Origin: Felis catus
Taxonomy: Eukaryota
NCBI RefSeq assembly: GCF_018350175.1
Contig: NC_058368.1
Location: forward strand, 18,106,001-18,170,000
Length of the DNA: 64,000 nucleotides
Direction of reading: 5' to 3'
The notes under the pieces were generated by a model that saw only the letters and a program-made list of their open reading frames with translations, was not told where the DNA came from and did not search any database. The translations under genes were made by a program, and so were the position numbers. Positions 48,631 to 62,379 of this stretch are shown here, in pieces. Every line of letters begins with the position of its first letter. Position 1 is the first letter of the stretch.

Positions 48631-49553
48631 AAAAACACAAATGACTCCAAAGAATGATAAAATTCTAAATTAATCTTCTTACTGTTTTAGACAAATATTT
48701 GCTTTTTATTGCGCCTCTATGGTTGATTTCTATTATATATGAGTGCTTTTACTATGGCTTTCTGCTCAGCATAATAATTTCTATCTGTATGAAATTACTC
48801 TGATTGCTACCTGCAAGGCTCTGTGACTTCAACTGTTTGAGGAACATGGTGCCATTCAGATAATGTTCAAAAATGCAAATATTCACGGTAGGAATGCCCA
48901 CAAAAGTCAGTTTCCCACATGAAATTGAAGAAAAAATAGCGGCAGAAGTATGATAATAGTAAATTGGTATAAAAGAACCAAAACACCATGGGGGCCGTGG
49001 CTAAAGGTTAGAAGGAGGAAGCAAGACAGTGTTCTAGTTGAGAGTTCTTACAAATCAGTGCTCTAACCTTGACTGCCTCAAACTCTGACTTTCATGTCAA
49101 ATCAAACCGACAAAAGACTTTCTGTCAGATTTTCAGATTCTACTTGGAACGTTTTTAGAATCCGCTCCCTGATGTTTATGATTAGAGTGTCTACCTCTTG
49201 ACACTCTTTGAACCAGGCTATTTTTAAGCATCTGCGCAGATCTTTGCTTTCTTGAGCTTCAGGATTTCTGATTTCTGCGTGTCAAAGTCAAGCTTCCAGC
49301 TGTTTAAATCATAGACAGGGGGCAGAGTTGGTCCAATTACTAGGGGAGTTGGAGTCTCTAGGAGTTGGCGCAGTTCACATGACAAAGGGTGAAAAGGAGA
49401 GGATCAGAAAGACTGGACTCCGTGTCGCCATAAGACCAGCCCCTGAGAGGATGTCTCCCCTGGGGTTGAAGCACCCATTTTAGGAATTGTGAAGGCGATT
49501 ACTAATGAGTCAGTCCTTCCTTTTGTTGTTGTTTGTCTATGAGGAAAGTAGAG

Positions 49554-49777
49554 CAGGGTTTCTCAACCTCGGTGCTACTGGCATTTGAGAGCAGACCATT
49601 CTTTGTTGTGCAGGGCGGTCCTGTGTATTATACAATTATTAGCAACGTCTCTGGCCTCTACCTACTAGATGCCAGTAGGCCCCCCTAGTTGTGACCATAA
49701 AAAATGTCACCAGACATTGCCGAATGGCCACTTGGATGAGAGTGTGGAGCAAAATGGCTCCTATAGGGGAACCACTG
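49554..49777 (-). mobile_element. MER20 (hAT-Charlie), near full length
   Basis: CAGGGTTTCTCAACCTCGG...CTCTACCTACTAGATGCCAGTAG...AAAATGTCACCAGACATTGCC...GAACCACTG. 8-bp TSD AAGTAGAG/AAATAGAT. Confidence 0.9.
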
Positions 49778-51905
49778 AAATAGATGTTTGATGCTTTTAT
49801 TCGTTAAGATAAAATTTTCTAAATTATTGGCTCCCAAACATTTTTTCCTCTTGCCTTAGAAAGGGAAGTTATAAAGCTTTACCACTAACATGTATCATAT
49901 GCTTTTGAATGTTGAATTTTTTTTACCTAACAGTAGTGACCGCCTTATAAAAATGACTCATTTTTTTAAGGATCGGTTCATAGAGTATCACAAGATACTC
50001 GTTCCCATTATTTTTCTCTTGCCCTTCTTTTCCTTGCCCCAATTTCTCCAGAACTTCTATAGAAAGTAGAAGAAATGGAAGTGGCTCTGACCTCTGTAAG
50101 TTTGAAGTTATGATATTGCATTTTGGGGATATTGTTGACCTAAGAGAAAATAGAGAAAGTGATTTGAAGATTTACTAAGGCAGACTAACTTTTAACTCAA
50201 AGAGCAGGGAGGGGGTGGTGATATGTATTGTTAAACATTTTGGCAGAAGGCGACTACATCCTCTTTGTATCTGCTTTGGAGAAGAATGCATCGAAGAACT
50301 TAGATACCCACCCTAGACTTTGCAAACCAGATCTCTACTATTTTAGAGACAGTTACCCAGATGGGCCCCCATAAGAAACGTGGCTCTGGCAGGAAGGAAT
50401 GTTGTCACGTATCATGAGATAATTCTCAGTGAGGAATCGAGAGGAACCATCCAAAGAACCAATGTGAAATAACTAAGGCACCAGAACTCAAGAACCCTGA
50501 TTTTAAATTCCTCATTCTACACCACACCCCTTACCTTTTTTGTGTTATTTGTACCATTTTTTTTTTGAAAACACTAAATTTAAGCTGTTAAGATTATCAG
50601 ATTGTGCCTCAGTCTTTGAGATAAGATAGACCTTACTGCATCTGTTTTTGGAAATCTTCAAAAGGAGTAATCCAGTCTAATTCATCTCATTTCCATTCAA
50701 CTCATTCATTACATTGTGGTTTGGGCCCACAGTCATGAGAGTGGCCTTTGACATTGTCTTCCATGGATATATTTCTCTTGAAAAAAGAAAAAGAAGTGAC
50801 TGGACTTGGGTATTCTGTCTGCACTGATACTTTTTTAATTTCACTGATTATTTTCCTTTTTAACGCAGTTACCTTTGTCTTGGGCATTAGTTGAATCTTT
50901 GTTTCTCCAAAAGCAATAGAGACCTTTACGGGAAGTCTACGTATCCGCTTGCTTCCTAAAGCTTTGGGGCAGGCCATTCACACCTCTGAAACCTTTAGGA
51001 ATACCCAATGTTGAAACAAGCTTTGAAGTGACAATATTTAGTCATAGACTTTGACAAAATCTTTATATGTTTGTGCAGATTTTACAAATTCCATGTGTTT
51101 TAAGTAATCTATTCGTTTCATCCCAACAACATCCTCACTCGGATCACCCAGAAACTTATGAGTTTAGGTATGTATTTTATAGAATCGTGTTCACAATGTA
51201 TTGCTGAATTAAATTTGATTCCAGATGACAAATTTCAAAAGAGGGGCTTTAATTCCCTTGGTTGTAGGAGAGAGAATTGTCCACGTGCTTGGACCATCTC
51301 GGTCTCAAATACAACAAAAGGTGTAGATGTTGGCTGAAAAGAAAGGAAAATTATAACCAGAATAGATTCTTACAGTAACTCTCCTTTCAATTATATTCTT
51401 TAGAAACAAGACTTTATAATATACCACATATAACATAGATAATATGAAAAGTGATCTTGAAGTTTCAGAGAGATTTCTCCCTCTGATTGTAACAAAGTAC
51501 AGTACTTTCCCTAAAGCCCTTTACTTTGAAAGATGAAGGTTCTGGATATTTGGTGACTTTCTGACCTTTAAAATCCAGTATGTAAGTGCTCTCCAGTGTG
51601 AGCTTGAGCCACTGTACATTCTGAAAACAGAACATCGTGTGCCTGAAATGCTCTGATTCAAGTCCTCATAAAGTTCATAGCCCTTTTTGAGAAACTGAAA
51701 GCCTCCCATACCAGGACCAGAAGGCGAATTTAAGAGGAATTAAATAGCCTTTAATTTTTTGTAACCAAATAAATTTCCCATCAGAACAGGCTGCATAATT
51801 TTTCTAGGCCAGTGTAAAATGAACATGCAGGTCCCCTTGTAAAACTTATTAAGAATTTCAGGACAGTGATGATTAAACCAAGTGATGAGCTCTTCTAAGC
51901 ATGAC

Positions 51906-52156
51906 TTTTTTTTTTTCTTTTTTTTTTCTTTTTTTTTTTCTTTTTTTTTTTCTTTTTTTTTTTGAGAAAGAGAGCACGCCTGAACAGGGGAGAGGGAGGA
52001 AGGGAGAGGGAGAGAGAGAGGGAAAGAGAGAGAGACAGAGAGAAAGAATCTTAAGCAGGCTCTATGCTCAGTATGGAGCCCGACAAGGGGCTTGATCCCA
52101 TGACCCTGCCAAAATCAAGAGTCAGATGCTCAACTGACTGAGCCACACAGGTGCCC
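51906..52156 (-). mobile_element. Can-SINE (SINEC_Fc2-like) with ~58-nt interrupted poly(A) tail
   Basis: TSD TCTAAGCA(T/G)GAC and long T/C tail on the plus strand. Confidence 0.93.
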
Positions 52157-52559
52157 TCTAAGCAGGACATTTTTAGAAAGAGACATTTTTTTCCTTTTAC
52201 TTACTGAGTCCTTCTTTCTCGTTCAGCTGGGTACTTTGTAACTCGCTGAATGTCTTTAGGTTTTCAGAGCAGGTCAGGGAGATTACTTCCATGATCCATC
52301 TTGTGTGAAGGAGAAGAATGTGACTTTTGAATAATACTGTAAACCTTTTCACCCAAAACACTTTTAACCCAAACCGTATTTTATTACATGTAGACATCAT
52401 GAATTGTAAGAATCACTATTGTTTTATGTATCGTATTGTTTTAGGGAAAAAATAAATGATGCTACTATTAAATATGATGCATCCATTGTAAAATGAACTG
52501 TAAGTTCAGAGTCATTGCAATGTTAAAGATCTTAGCATTGATGAAGATGTGGATCTCAG

Positions 52560-52750
52560 TGGAGAGGTCTTGCAACACTGCGAGCTACCTACCATCATCT
52601 CCTTACCACGTTAGGTGCAAAGGCTCTCTTGTTGATAGGAATGAGGCCCAGAAGTTGAATGAGAGGTGCTAAGGTCGGATGCCCCATCAGGGATAGAGCG
52701 GTAGCATAGCCCACTGGGCTGAACCTAACACTTTCCCCCCCTTAGCTCTG
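52560..52750 (-). mobile_element. MIR
   Basis: GATAGGAATGAGGCCCAGAAGTTGAATG...CTAAGGTC resembles the reverse MIR core. Confidence 0.5.
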
Positions 52751-52929
52751 CTGCCTCGTCTCTTTGGTAACACCATTCATTGGATCAGTTATAAAGAAAG
52801 AAGAAAATGACAGAAAACCAGATTAGACAAGGGGAATTGTGCACACGAATGTGAATGCTTTCTTTTAGTACATATATCTGTATGAATTTACTATACATGT
52901 GTATTTACTATATACATGTGTGTGTATTT

Positions 52930-53044
52930 TATTATTTTAAAAATTTTTTAAAATATCATCTGTACACCCAACGTGGGGCTTGAACTCATGACACTGAGGT
53001 CAAGAGTCGTGTGTTCTACCAACAGAGCCCAGCCAAGTGCCCCC
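52930..53044 (-). mobile_element. Short Can-SINE (SINEC_c-type)
   Basis: TACACCCAACGTGGGGCTTGAACTCATGAC...TCAAGAGTCG...AGCCAAGTGCCCC. TSD T(G/A)TGTATTTTA. Confidence 0.87.
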
Positions 53045-54739
53045 TATATGTATTTTAAATGACACTTGGGAAACACTATTTTTTGTATGAAGTTTAAGCA
53101 GTTTATATCTCATTTTTAATTAGTTTCAAGATATTGATGATTTTAGATGTATGTCTCATTTCAAGACTATGCGCAGACACATGCATAGTCTATTTTGGGG
53201 AGGTGCGTGATGTAGTTATTTGTGCGATGAACACCGTGAGAGTTTAATGTAGACCTCTACATAAAGTTACCCATCAAGATGAAAGACAGTTCGTAAATAA
53301 GCCATTGGGTCAACTAAGGTTACGGAAGGGCTGTCATCTCTGGGCTGAAAGTGCCGTGGATGTGAATGTTCTGGAATTGCAAAAGAACTTTTTGGAGATA
53401 CTTATCAGAAATGATTTCTTCCTTATTAGCATACACCCTACCGACACACGCATATACACGCGTACAATGTGCCCACGAATCAGCCCCCCAAACCTCCACT
53501 GCAATCTTACTGTCTCATAACTCAAGTTCCTTGTGTGATGATTGCCACTCTCCCTAAGAGATGGGCTGTGACTTCAGAGAAGGAAAATCTCCAGGCAGTC
53601 TTTGTGTCTCACCCCCACTCCGTCCTGCAGGAGAAGGAGGGCGGGTTGGAGCCCGGCTGGGATGTGGAGCCGTGGGAACTGGCTTCCCCCACACCGGATC
53701 CCCTGGGTGGAGGTCGCGCTTCCCCCCGGGGGGCAGCAGGGCCAGGTGGCCCGGACGCCTCTGGAATTCCAGGGTGACAATGGCAAATGGGCACCGGGGG
53801 GCTGTGTCTGTGTGCTCACAACTAAAGCTCAGACATCCAATACAAGGTACCAGTACCAAACAAAAGCTAATATTAAAGTCGATCTTTCGGAAGAGGTGGG
53901 GCAAAAGGAAAAAGGATTTGGAGAAAAGCTGTTGGCACTGTGGCTTTTAAGACTCACACAGCCTAAGACAAATTCAAGCTACATTCTTCCAAAGACATTC
54001 TTTAGCCTGAAAGCCACAACTGGTGGAAATCTGCAAATGCCTTGGACAGCAGTGGGCTTAATCAGATTTAGGTGGGAAAAATGAAACGAGGAATGTTTCA
54101 GAAAATCAACTTTAGTTCCTCGCTTCCTCTCCCTTCTCTTTTTTCATTTTGCTTTTCTTTTGCTTCTTAGTGGGAGGGGAGAAAAAGATATCCATTCTAT
54201 TATTCCTTAATTTTCATCTTGCAGCTCATTATCTCAATCAGCATGTCACAGTTGAGTGCATTGATTTCTGAGAAAAATTCCAGCAGGTTTTTGTAGCTCT
54301 TGATGAGCTGTGGCTAATCGCTGCAGTTAAATTTTCTGTCATGACCTGAAACGGATTGTGAGTGTTTGATTGGCAGGAAGGTTAAATAAAGAAATGGCAT
54401 GCAGAAGTGATCATATGCTTTCTTGGCTCTTGGGGATACTGGAAGGGGAGAAAGAAGGTCAGAGATCATGAAACAGTAACCATCTAAGACCAATTGAAGA
54501 ACACTTTTATCCGAGCCCAAATGGGGTCCCAGCATAATAGTGTACGTTGAAGGAGAGGCTGCAGGTACCCAGGGCTTTGGGATGCAGCATCTTCCAGTAC
54601 AAAAGGTGGAAGAATCTGGTCTACACAGGGAAGGTTCCCATCAGGAATACGATCAGACACTGTGAGCAGTGGATTGCATTGTTAGTCACTGGAGCTCCAC
54701 GACGGACTTAGAAACAATGAAGAGAGATGCTTTCCTGTG

Positions 54740-54950
54740 AGAGCGGCTGGAAGCAAGGACTGGGTGTTTGAATCACTGCTTACCTCTAGCTTGGTACTCG
54801 ATACTCAGTCTCTCTCTGCTTTCAGCCTCCCCGTTTGTGAAATGAAAGAAACAGAAACTAATTTACCTCCCAGGGTGTCTTCATAGCCTCATGTATGAAA
54901 GAGGTTTGGAAGGGACAAATGGAACAATCTGAAGACGTTCTGGGCCAGAG
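54740..54950 (+). mobile_element. MIR
   Basis: TCTCTCTGCTTTCAGCCTCCCCGTTTGTGAAATG...TACCTCCCAGGGT. Confidence 0.6.
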
Positions 54951-56835
54951 TTAAGATCAGTTATCTGGAGAATTAAAGTACATGAGGCTTGAAATGAAAG
55001 AATACAAAACCCAAACCTATGCTGTCCCACCCCGCACCCTCCCCCCCCCCCCCCGGCCAAAAAAGAAGAGAATATATAAAGCAAGACAACATAAATCTGT
55101 GGAAGTAGAGCCCAGAGGCACGGGATGCCTCTGGGGTGTGGACAGTCAAAGAAGACATCTGGTCAACATCAGGTATGCACTGAAAACCTCAAGGGACGCA
55201 GTAGTTTACAAACTGCAGAATCTACAAGGTCAGGACAAAGCTATGATTGTGGGTGGCAGTGGAAATTGATGAGAGAAGCAAAAGAGAAATTTACGTTTGT
55301 CTGTAAACAAAAGGCGACACAGTCAGGAAGGGCGAGAAGGAGAAAGGATGCAGGGAGCAGAGCGTATGGAATCTGTGCAAATCCAGTTTCGAAAAATAGC
55401 GGAAAACACACCTAGTTAATTTAGAGTAAAATTAACGAAACCTAAAACTAAAATAAACAAAAAAGCCTCCTCTCTTCCCTCCCCAGCCAAATAGATTGTT
55501 TGAATTACACAGACGGTTAAGCGCCAATGGTTATCTGGTTGCTTCTTGCAGACACAGTCTTAATTAGCAGTTTTCAACTCGGTCTCAGAGTAGACAAGAT
55601 GAGATTCTGGGGAGGACCAAGTTAAACCAAGTGAGTCATGGCTCAGAACCATCCAGTGTGTCTGCAGTGGAAAGAAGAACAAAGCAGGTGTTTCCTCGCT
55701 GCTTTGGGAACCATCGGCACAGAGGCATGATGGATACATTGGCGGTAAAGCAGGCAGGATGGGTGAAGTGGATGCCCTTCTTGTCCTTGTCCTCTCTCTG
55801 GTAGAGCTGGCAGTGGACTGTGCAGAAGATGGGGTCAGGAGAGTGTTTGTGGTACTCTGAAGCACAGGAACCAATACTGCCTTCTGCCTACAACAGTACT
55901 TAAATTTCCAATGCTGAAATATGACACGGGGGAGAAAAATGTAATAAATGACTGATCTGGACACCAATCCAGATCAAACCTTGTTTTCAAGGCAGCGTGA
56001 ATGGAAAATAAGCTGTCAGAATTGAGGTTGACGATTGTGGTGTTCCTTCTTTCCATTTCCGCATCTGATTAGCCCAGGTAGTCACCGGCAGCTTGGTCAA
56101 ATATCAGGAAGCACCTTCCCTACCACGACCACCTTCCATGGAATCTCAAAACCCTTGTTTTCTTGGTTGCACTTGGAGAACTTGTGGCCTCCAGGAAAGC
56201 ATTGGGCTTGTTCGAACTAGACAGGTGTTGGATATTGAATATTTTTCTTTGAAACTCAAGAGGAAAGACCTAGCAGAAAGCACAATGGGTGTCCCCTCCT
56301 ACTTCCTGCCACTGTGCCTTTTCTGCACCAAGAACATCACATTCCTAATTAGCACAACAGGTAGACCCATTCTGGGAAGATGGGCAAATTCTCCCACATC
56401 TTCATGTCCTCAACACATTTTGCTTCTTTGAGCCCCTTTCCAACAAGGAGAGAACTGTCCTAGCCATAAGGCTTTGGATTAGAAGAATTGGAAATAAGAA
56501 ATGTCCTGGCTCAACTGCAATCTTATCTCAGATGAACTATAAAGAGGTGGAGGGGCCCTGTCCAAACACCTGGCGGTGCTCACAGCTTACCCCTTCCAGG
56601 AGCACATCACCCTTAAATCAAGACCGCGGGCACTGGGCCCTGGAAAAGTAGTTCTTGGACACAACTCGGTACCTTTCACCAAAGGCTCATCTCTTCCATG
56701 ACATATGGACATTTTAAGATCTGCAAATAAATTATACTAGGCAATAAAAGGGCTGTGTGAGCTCAGAGTTGCAAATGGAAAATTATGGGGAATTTTCAGC
56801 ATTCTCACAATAAAGGAGACGGGGCCACAACATCA

Positions 56836-56840
<5 letters not shown>

Positions 56841-56878
<38 letters not shown>
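56841..56878. repeat. (GT)19 microsatellite
   Basis: Perfect dinucleotide run. Confidence 0.97.
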
Positions 56879-56881
<3 letters not shown>

Positions 56882-58369
56882 GTTTGAGAAGGAAAGCACG
56901 TATCCCAATTCCTAGGAAAATGGCACCACCTCCTAATTAGCTACCCCCTTTATACCCTAACTACCCCCAACCACCCGTTCTCTTTTTCTAAGAAATATAA
57001 GTGAATACAACTTTCCCTGGAAGTGAGCCCTAACACTGATTTTATGCCGCTTATTCGAAATGATTTAAAACAAATATTTTTGTGAACTTCGGATCCTCGA
57101 ATTAGGAAAAACTGTTTATAAACAGATACTGACATGGTTGCTGACATAGTTGACTCAAAAAATATAAGCCTTCCTTCCAGCTAGCCCCCTGAAATAGTAT
57201 TTGTAAATGATGAATTTGTGTGTAAAGGAACAATTTCCTGTAAATCAATGTACCTTACTTTAGATTTCAGTTTAATAGAAAAAAAAAAAAAGAGCCCTGT
57301 CCTTGGAAAACAAATGGCATACAAATTGCTTATGATCTTCATAGAAAAAAGCCATATGTTATTTGGGGTGATTTATTTAGACTTTCAATCCCTTCTCATT
57401 AGAAACCTGCATTTCTCAATAATGTTCCAATTAAACTAACACGGCAGAATAAATCTGGGATACCTGTATTGATAATAAATGGACACAGGCTGATACTTCG
57501 AGCATTTTCATTGTAAGATGCACCCTAATAAAGAAATAACAAGAGATGCTTTTAATAATGCCATCGCCATGAAATGGCTTTCGGTTTTTCCAGTTTCAGA
57601 CCTTCTCAGAGCTATTTCAGTTCTGAAAGAGAAGAAAAATAAACAAGGGCCGCTCACCACGATTGAGGACAAACGATGGAGCAAATCTATAGGAAAATCG
57701 GCTCCCGGTTTCAGCTCTACTCTCTGAGGCAGGGAATTGAAGCTAGTCTCACCTCGAAGGTGTGTTAGAATAGCAGATTCGGGGTCTCTGAGGAGGTATT
57801 TGTAAAAGTATTGTGCGATTCTGCTCGCCTTTTAAGAGAATATAGGCAAAAACACTCTCTTATCTAATGGGTGCTTTTCTCTCAGAAATCAAATTCCTCA
57901 CTCCATAAAATTTCCTCGAGAGGGAGGTACATTGTTGATTCCTGCCTCTAAGGGATCGTTGCGCCAATTGGGAGAAGCACGAAAGCCCCAGAGGGAACAT
58001 TTGGACTTCCCAGCATGCAATTAAATGCTAGGAGCTGCAGAGTCTTTTGCACAGTTCCTGGGGGGCTGGAGAGCCATAGGGATCCCGCCGTCAGTCTAGA
58101 GAGGGCCCAAACCACTCAGCATAACGGAGCTTTGTGTTTGTTAGGCGAAAACAGGACAAGAGCGGCAATGAAGTTCAGGGAGTGACTGGCCAACCCCCTG
58201 AGCTTCCAGCTTCCAGAAGGCATGGTTCAAAGGTCGTTATCCGGGAATGTTTTGATGCTAACAAACACCTTTCCCATATAATGTAAGTAGAATGGCAACC
58301 TAGACTGGGGTTTTGACATTGGTTTCTTTTAACATCATATCCTGGCCAAAAGGTCTTTTTCCATGACAT

Positions 58370-58500
58370 TTTATGTGACACTTGGCAAGTACTTTTATTT
58401 GGTCCTCATTTTTGCCTCCAACAAAGTGATGACAATATTTTCTGCCCCAAATAACCTGAAAAGGGTCTTGCAAAAATCAGTATGGTCATTTACATAAATT
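58370..58500 (+). mobile_element. MIR fragment
   Basis: TATGTGACACTTGGCAAGTACTT...CCTCATTTTTGCCTCC. Confidence 0.55.
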
Positions 58501-58640
58501 ATTTTTTCTCCTTGTGTTAAAATAAATGAACAGGATACTTTAAAGGATTATTATTTATATTTTCAGAACCATGAATCTCAGGACAAGTATGATTGCAGTG
58601 TCTTATATTTCTAGAGTGCTGTATGGCTTATACAGCAGTC

Positions 58641-58873
58641 TTTTTTTTTTTTTTAATTTTTTTTTTAACGTTTATTTATTTTTGAGACACAGAGAGACAG
58701 AGCATGAACGGGGGAGGGTCAGAGAGAGAGAGAGGGAGACACAGAATCTGAAACAGGCTCCAGGCTCTGAGCTGTCAGCACAAAGCCCGACGCGGGGCTT
58801 GAACTCACGAACCGCGAGATCATGACCTGAGCCGAAGTCGGACGCTTAACCGACTGACCCACCCAGGCGCCCC
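58641..58873 (-). mobile_element. Young, near-consensus SINEC_Fc inside an older MIR
   Basis: Intact GGGGCGCCTGGGTGG head, many retained CpGs, and TSD TACAGCAGTC(T)n at 58631 and 58874. Confidence 0.97.
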
Positions 58874-59638
58874 TACAGCAGTCTTTTTTTACATTCACAA
58901 ATTCATTTGATATTTACAAATCTACTAGAAGATAAACCAGGTAGATTTTTTTTTCATTTTATAAGTAAAAAAGTAAAGAACCGGAAAGGTTTTATTTTAG
59001 AACCAGAAGGATTTATTTTTAGGTCACACAGTCTTGAAAGGAAGACTTAAACCTCCTGATTTGTAATGACTATCAATTAGTCTTTCACTTTTCTTAGGTG
59101 CCAGAGTTTTATCAGATCATTACATTTGTCTGTGCTTCCTCAGTCACGCTGCTTAAAATCCTAACATCCTGATTTTTCAAGTTCTGCAATTTTAGCATAA
59201 AAACAAAATGGTGACCAGTCTGTTGGGTTGTGAGTCTAGATGTGGAAGATTTGGCAACATGGTAAAACTCAAACTTGATGCCTCATAAACAAACTGACTT
59301 AATATATAGTTAGGGGATCTCCATTTCCAAGTTTATGATGGAAAAAAGTATTACTATCCAACTGTTTTGTGTGGAACTTCTTGAATTTCTTCCTACCTTG
59401 CCCTTTAATAGTTCCTTAGAGTCTTTTTGTACAGTAAGTTCCACTCCCCTGGCTCCCATTTGTGGTCTCAGGGTGAACCCCCTAAGAAAGCAGGACAGTC
59501 CTAATCCTTTCTTTGAGAGTCACGGGCAGAGGGAAATTCAGTCTTTTCCAGTGGATAGACCTGTGGTGGGTACATTTCTGGGGCCATAGTTCTCATCACA
59601 TAGATTCCAGAGCAGAAGACGACACGTGCATGTGGGCA

Positions 59639-59642
<4 letters not shown>

Positions 59643-59676
<34 letters not shown>
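59643..59676. repeat. (CA)17 microsatellite
   Basis: Perfect dinucleotide run. Confidence 0.97.
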
Positions 59677-59678
<2 letters not shown>

Positions 59679-61829
59679 TGGGGGCTTGGGGGGTGGGAAA
59701 CTAAAGTAAAGCCTTGCAAGAATTAAAAGGGAGTCCTGACAGATTTCCAAATCCCTGTTCCAGTGCCTTCCTGGGGCCTTGTGTTATCCTTGCCCTTGAG
59801 TTCTGAGCCACAACCCTGGAGCCTTACTCACAGATAAACCTGAATTCAGTGTGCTTAAGATCACCTTTCAATCCAAGTGAAACAATTGCTCAAAGAAATT
59901 TGTCTTCCCAGGCAGGGCATTTCACATTCAGCTCTTTAATCCGTGCCATGTGTCATAAACACAGTGAAACATTGATGTAATTATGTGAAGGACAGAGTGG
60001 AAATTAAAAGGAGGAAACGCGGTCTGGTGGTTAGATTCACAGACCAAATGTCAGGAGTTTTGTTTCTATTTTTGACATGACCCTGGGGACTCAGCCCTTG
60101 GCTCCCTGGTGTCACCCTTAGAACTCAAGATCCTAGGTCTATCTCCTACCTAAGTGAACATAGCTTCTGATACTCTGGGACCCCTTTGATGGCAGAGGAT
60201 ACCCTTGAAAGTGGAGTCATAAGCCCAAGCAGATTGAAAAGCTAGTTTCATAGTTGGCCCATACTTCCTTGTCTACAAAATGAGGACAGCATAAATCACT
60301 CCAGTTGGGGCCAGTTTCAATTATGGGAATCAAAGCCAACCTACTTCTGATCTTGTGACATACTTACCAGCTCAAGACAGGAAACTTGGTGTTACGGGAC
60401 TGACGGTTTTTTCTGTATATGTGACTAGAGACAAGTGTTCTTTTTAAATTCTGCCCTCCTACTTCCATAATAAGATCACTTGCCTTTCAAAACCATGATG
60501 TGGCAGCACTTTTTAGTCCAAAATCCTGTATTTTTGCTATGAGAATTTTCTCACTGGCTGAAAAAAAATCATCGCATGGTCCTACTTACAGATAATATGA
60601 TTGTCTATGTAGAAAGTAACCCCCTCCAAATAAAATACTTACGTATAAATTAAGCAAAACGTGTACAGGGTCTCTATACTGAAAGTTATAAAATGCTGAT
60701 AACAGACAAGAACAAGAGACATCTTGTACTCACTGATGGGAAAATCTAATACATCATGTAGTAAAGATATCGATTCTCCCTAAATTGATCGACAGGTTTA
60801 ACACACTTCCTATTAAATACCAGCCAAAGTTTTGTACAGATGTGAACAACCTGATCCTAAAATTTTTATATAGAGATGCAAACCCTAGCATAGCTGAAAT
60901 TATCCTGACAAAGAAGAATAAAGACAGGACTCAGACTACCCGCTGTTAAGGCTTGTAGTTGAGCTATAGGAACAAAGACAGCGTGGTCTGGGCAGAGGGA
61001 GAGATATAAACGTCAATGGAACAGAATTGAGGACCTAAGTACGGAACCACACAAACATGCTCCTTCGATTTTTTTTTTTTCAAGAAAAGTGGCAAAGCAT
61101 TTCAATGGAGGAGAAGAGCCTTTTCAGAAAATGTTACTGGGGCAACTCGACATCCCTAGGTTAACAAAAACAAAAACCCTCAACCCTACACCTCACACAT
61201 TACACAAAATTAATTCAAAACAGATCACTGCCTTAAAAACAAAGTGTAACGTTCTAAAACTTTCAGAAAAACACTTAGGACAAAATCTTCAGGATCTGAA
61301 GCTAGACAAAAAGTTCTTAGATCTGATGCCAAAAGCATGATCCATAAAAGAAAAAAAATAATAAAATGGACTTAATCAAAATTTAGAAGTTTTACTCTGT
61401 GAAAGACCTTCCTAACAGGATGAAAACACAAGCTGCAGACTAAGAAAGAATATTTGCAAACCACACATTGACAAAGGACTAGTATGTAGACTATATAAAG
61501 TACTCTTAAGACCCAGTGGCAAAAGAAAACCAAATAATCCAAATAAAAAATGAGCAAGAAACATGAGCAGGCATTCCATCAAAGGGGATTTACAGCAAAT
61601 ACACATATGAAAAGGCACTCAGCATCCATAGCTATTAGGGAAATGAAAATTAAAAGCCTCATGAGATTATGACTACACACCTATCAGAATGGCTAAAATT
61701 TGTAAAATAAAATAAAAGCATCAAATGAGGGATATGAAATTGGATCATTCATACATTACTGGTGGGAATTTAAAATGACAGAGTCACTCTGAAAATCATT
61801 TGACAATTTCTTATAAAATGAACTATTCA

Positions 61830-62077
61830 GGGCACCTGGGTGGCTCAGTCAGTTGAGCATGCGACTTCAGCTCAGGTCGTGATCTCACAGCTCCTGGGTT
61901 TGAGCCCTGTGTCGAGCTCTGTGCTGACAGCTCAGAGCCTAGAGCCTGCTTCAGATTCTCTGTCTCCCTCTCTCTCTGCCCCTCCCTCACTCACTCTGTC
62001 TCTCTCTCTCCCTCTCAAAAATAAACATTGAAAAAAATTTTTAAATAAAATAAAATAAAATAAAATAAAATAAAATA
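61830..62077 (+). mobile_element. SINEC_Fc with (TAAAA)n tail
   Basis: GGGCACCTGGGTGGCTCAG head, GACAGCTCAGAGCCTAGAGCC and CT tract. Confidence 0.95.
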
Positions 62078-62379
62078 ATTCAATTACCATATGACTCAGC
62101 AATTGTAGTCTTTGGCATTTATCCCAGAAAAATGTACATTTATGTCCGTACCAAAATCCATATGTGAATGGTTGGTTATAGCAGTTTTATCTGTAAGCCC
62201 CAAAGTAGAAACAACCCAAATATTCTTCAGCAGGTGAATGCTCAAACAAAGGTACTTTGGTCGTTTACCCACACCATGGAATACTATTCAGCAATAAAAA
62301 GATGTGGACAATAACTTGGATAAATCTCAAGGGAATTATGATAAGGAGGAAAAAGTCAATATCCTAATAGGTAATATAC

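Noticed and set aside
53554..54084. Longest ORFs in the window (160, 129 and 116 aa) over a GC-rich patch
   Set aside because: Overlapping in several frames and both strands, with no recognisable homology; expected by chance in GC-rich DNA.
55953..55976. Hairpin TGATCTGGA-N6-TCCAGATCA
   Set aside because: Only a 9-bp stem; too short for a pre-miRNA, and intrinsic terminators do not apply to mammalian DNA.
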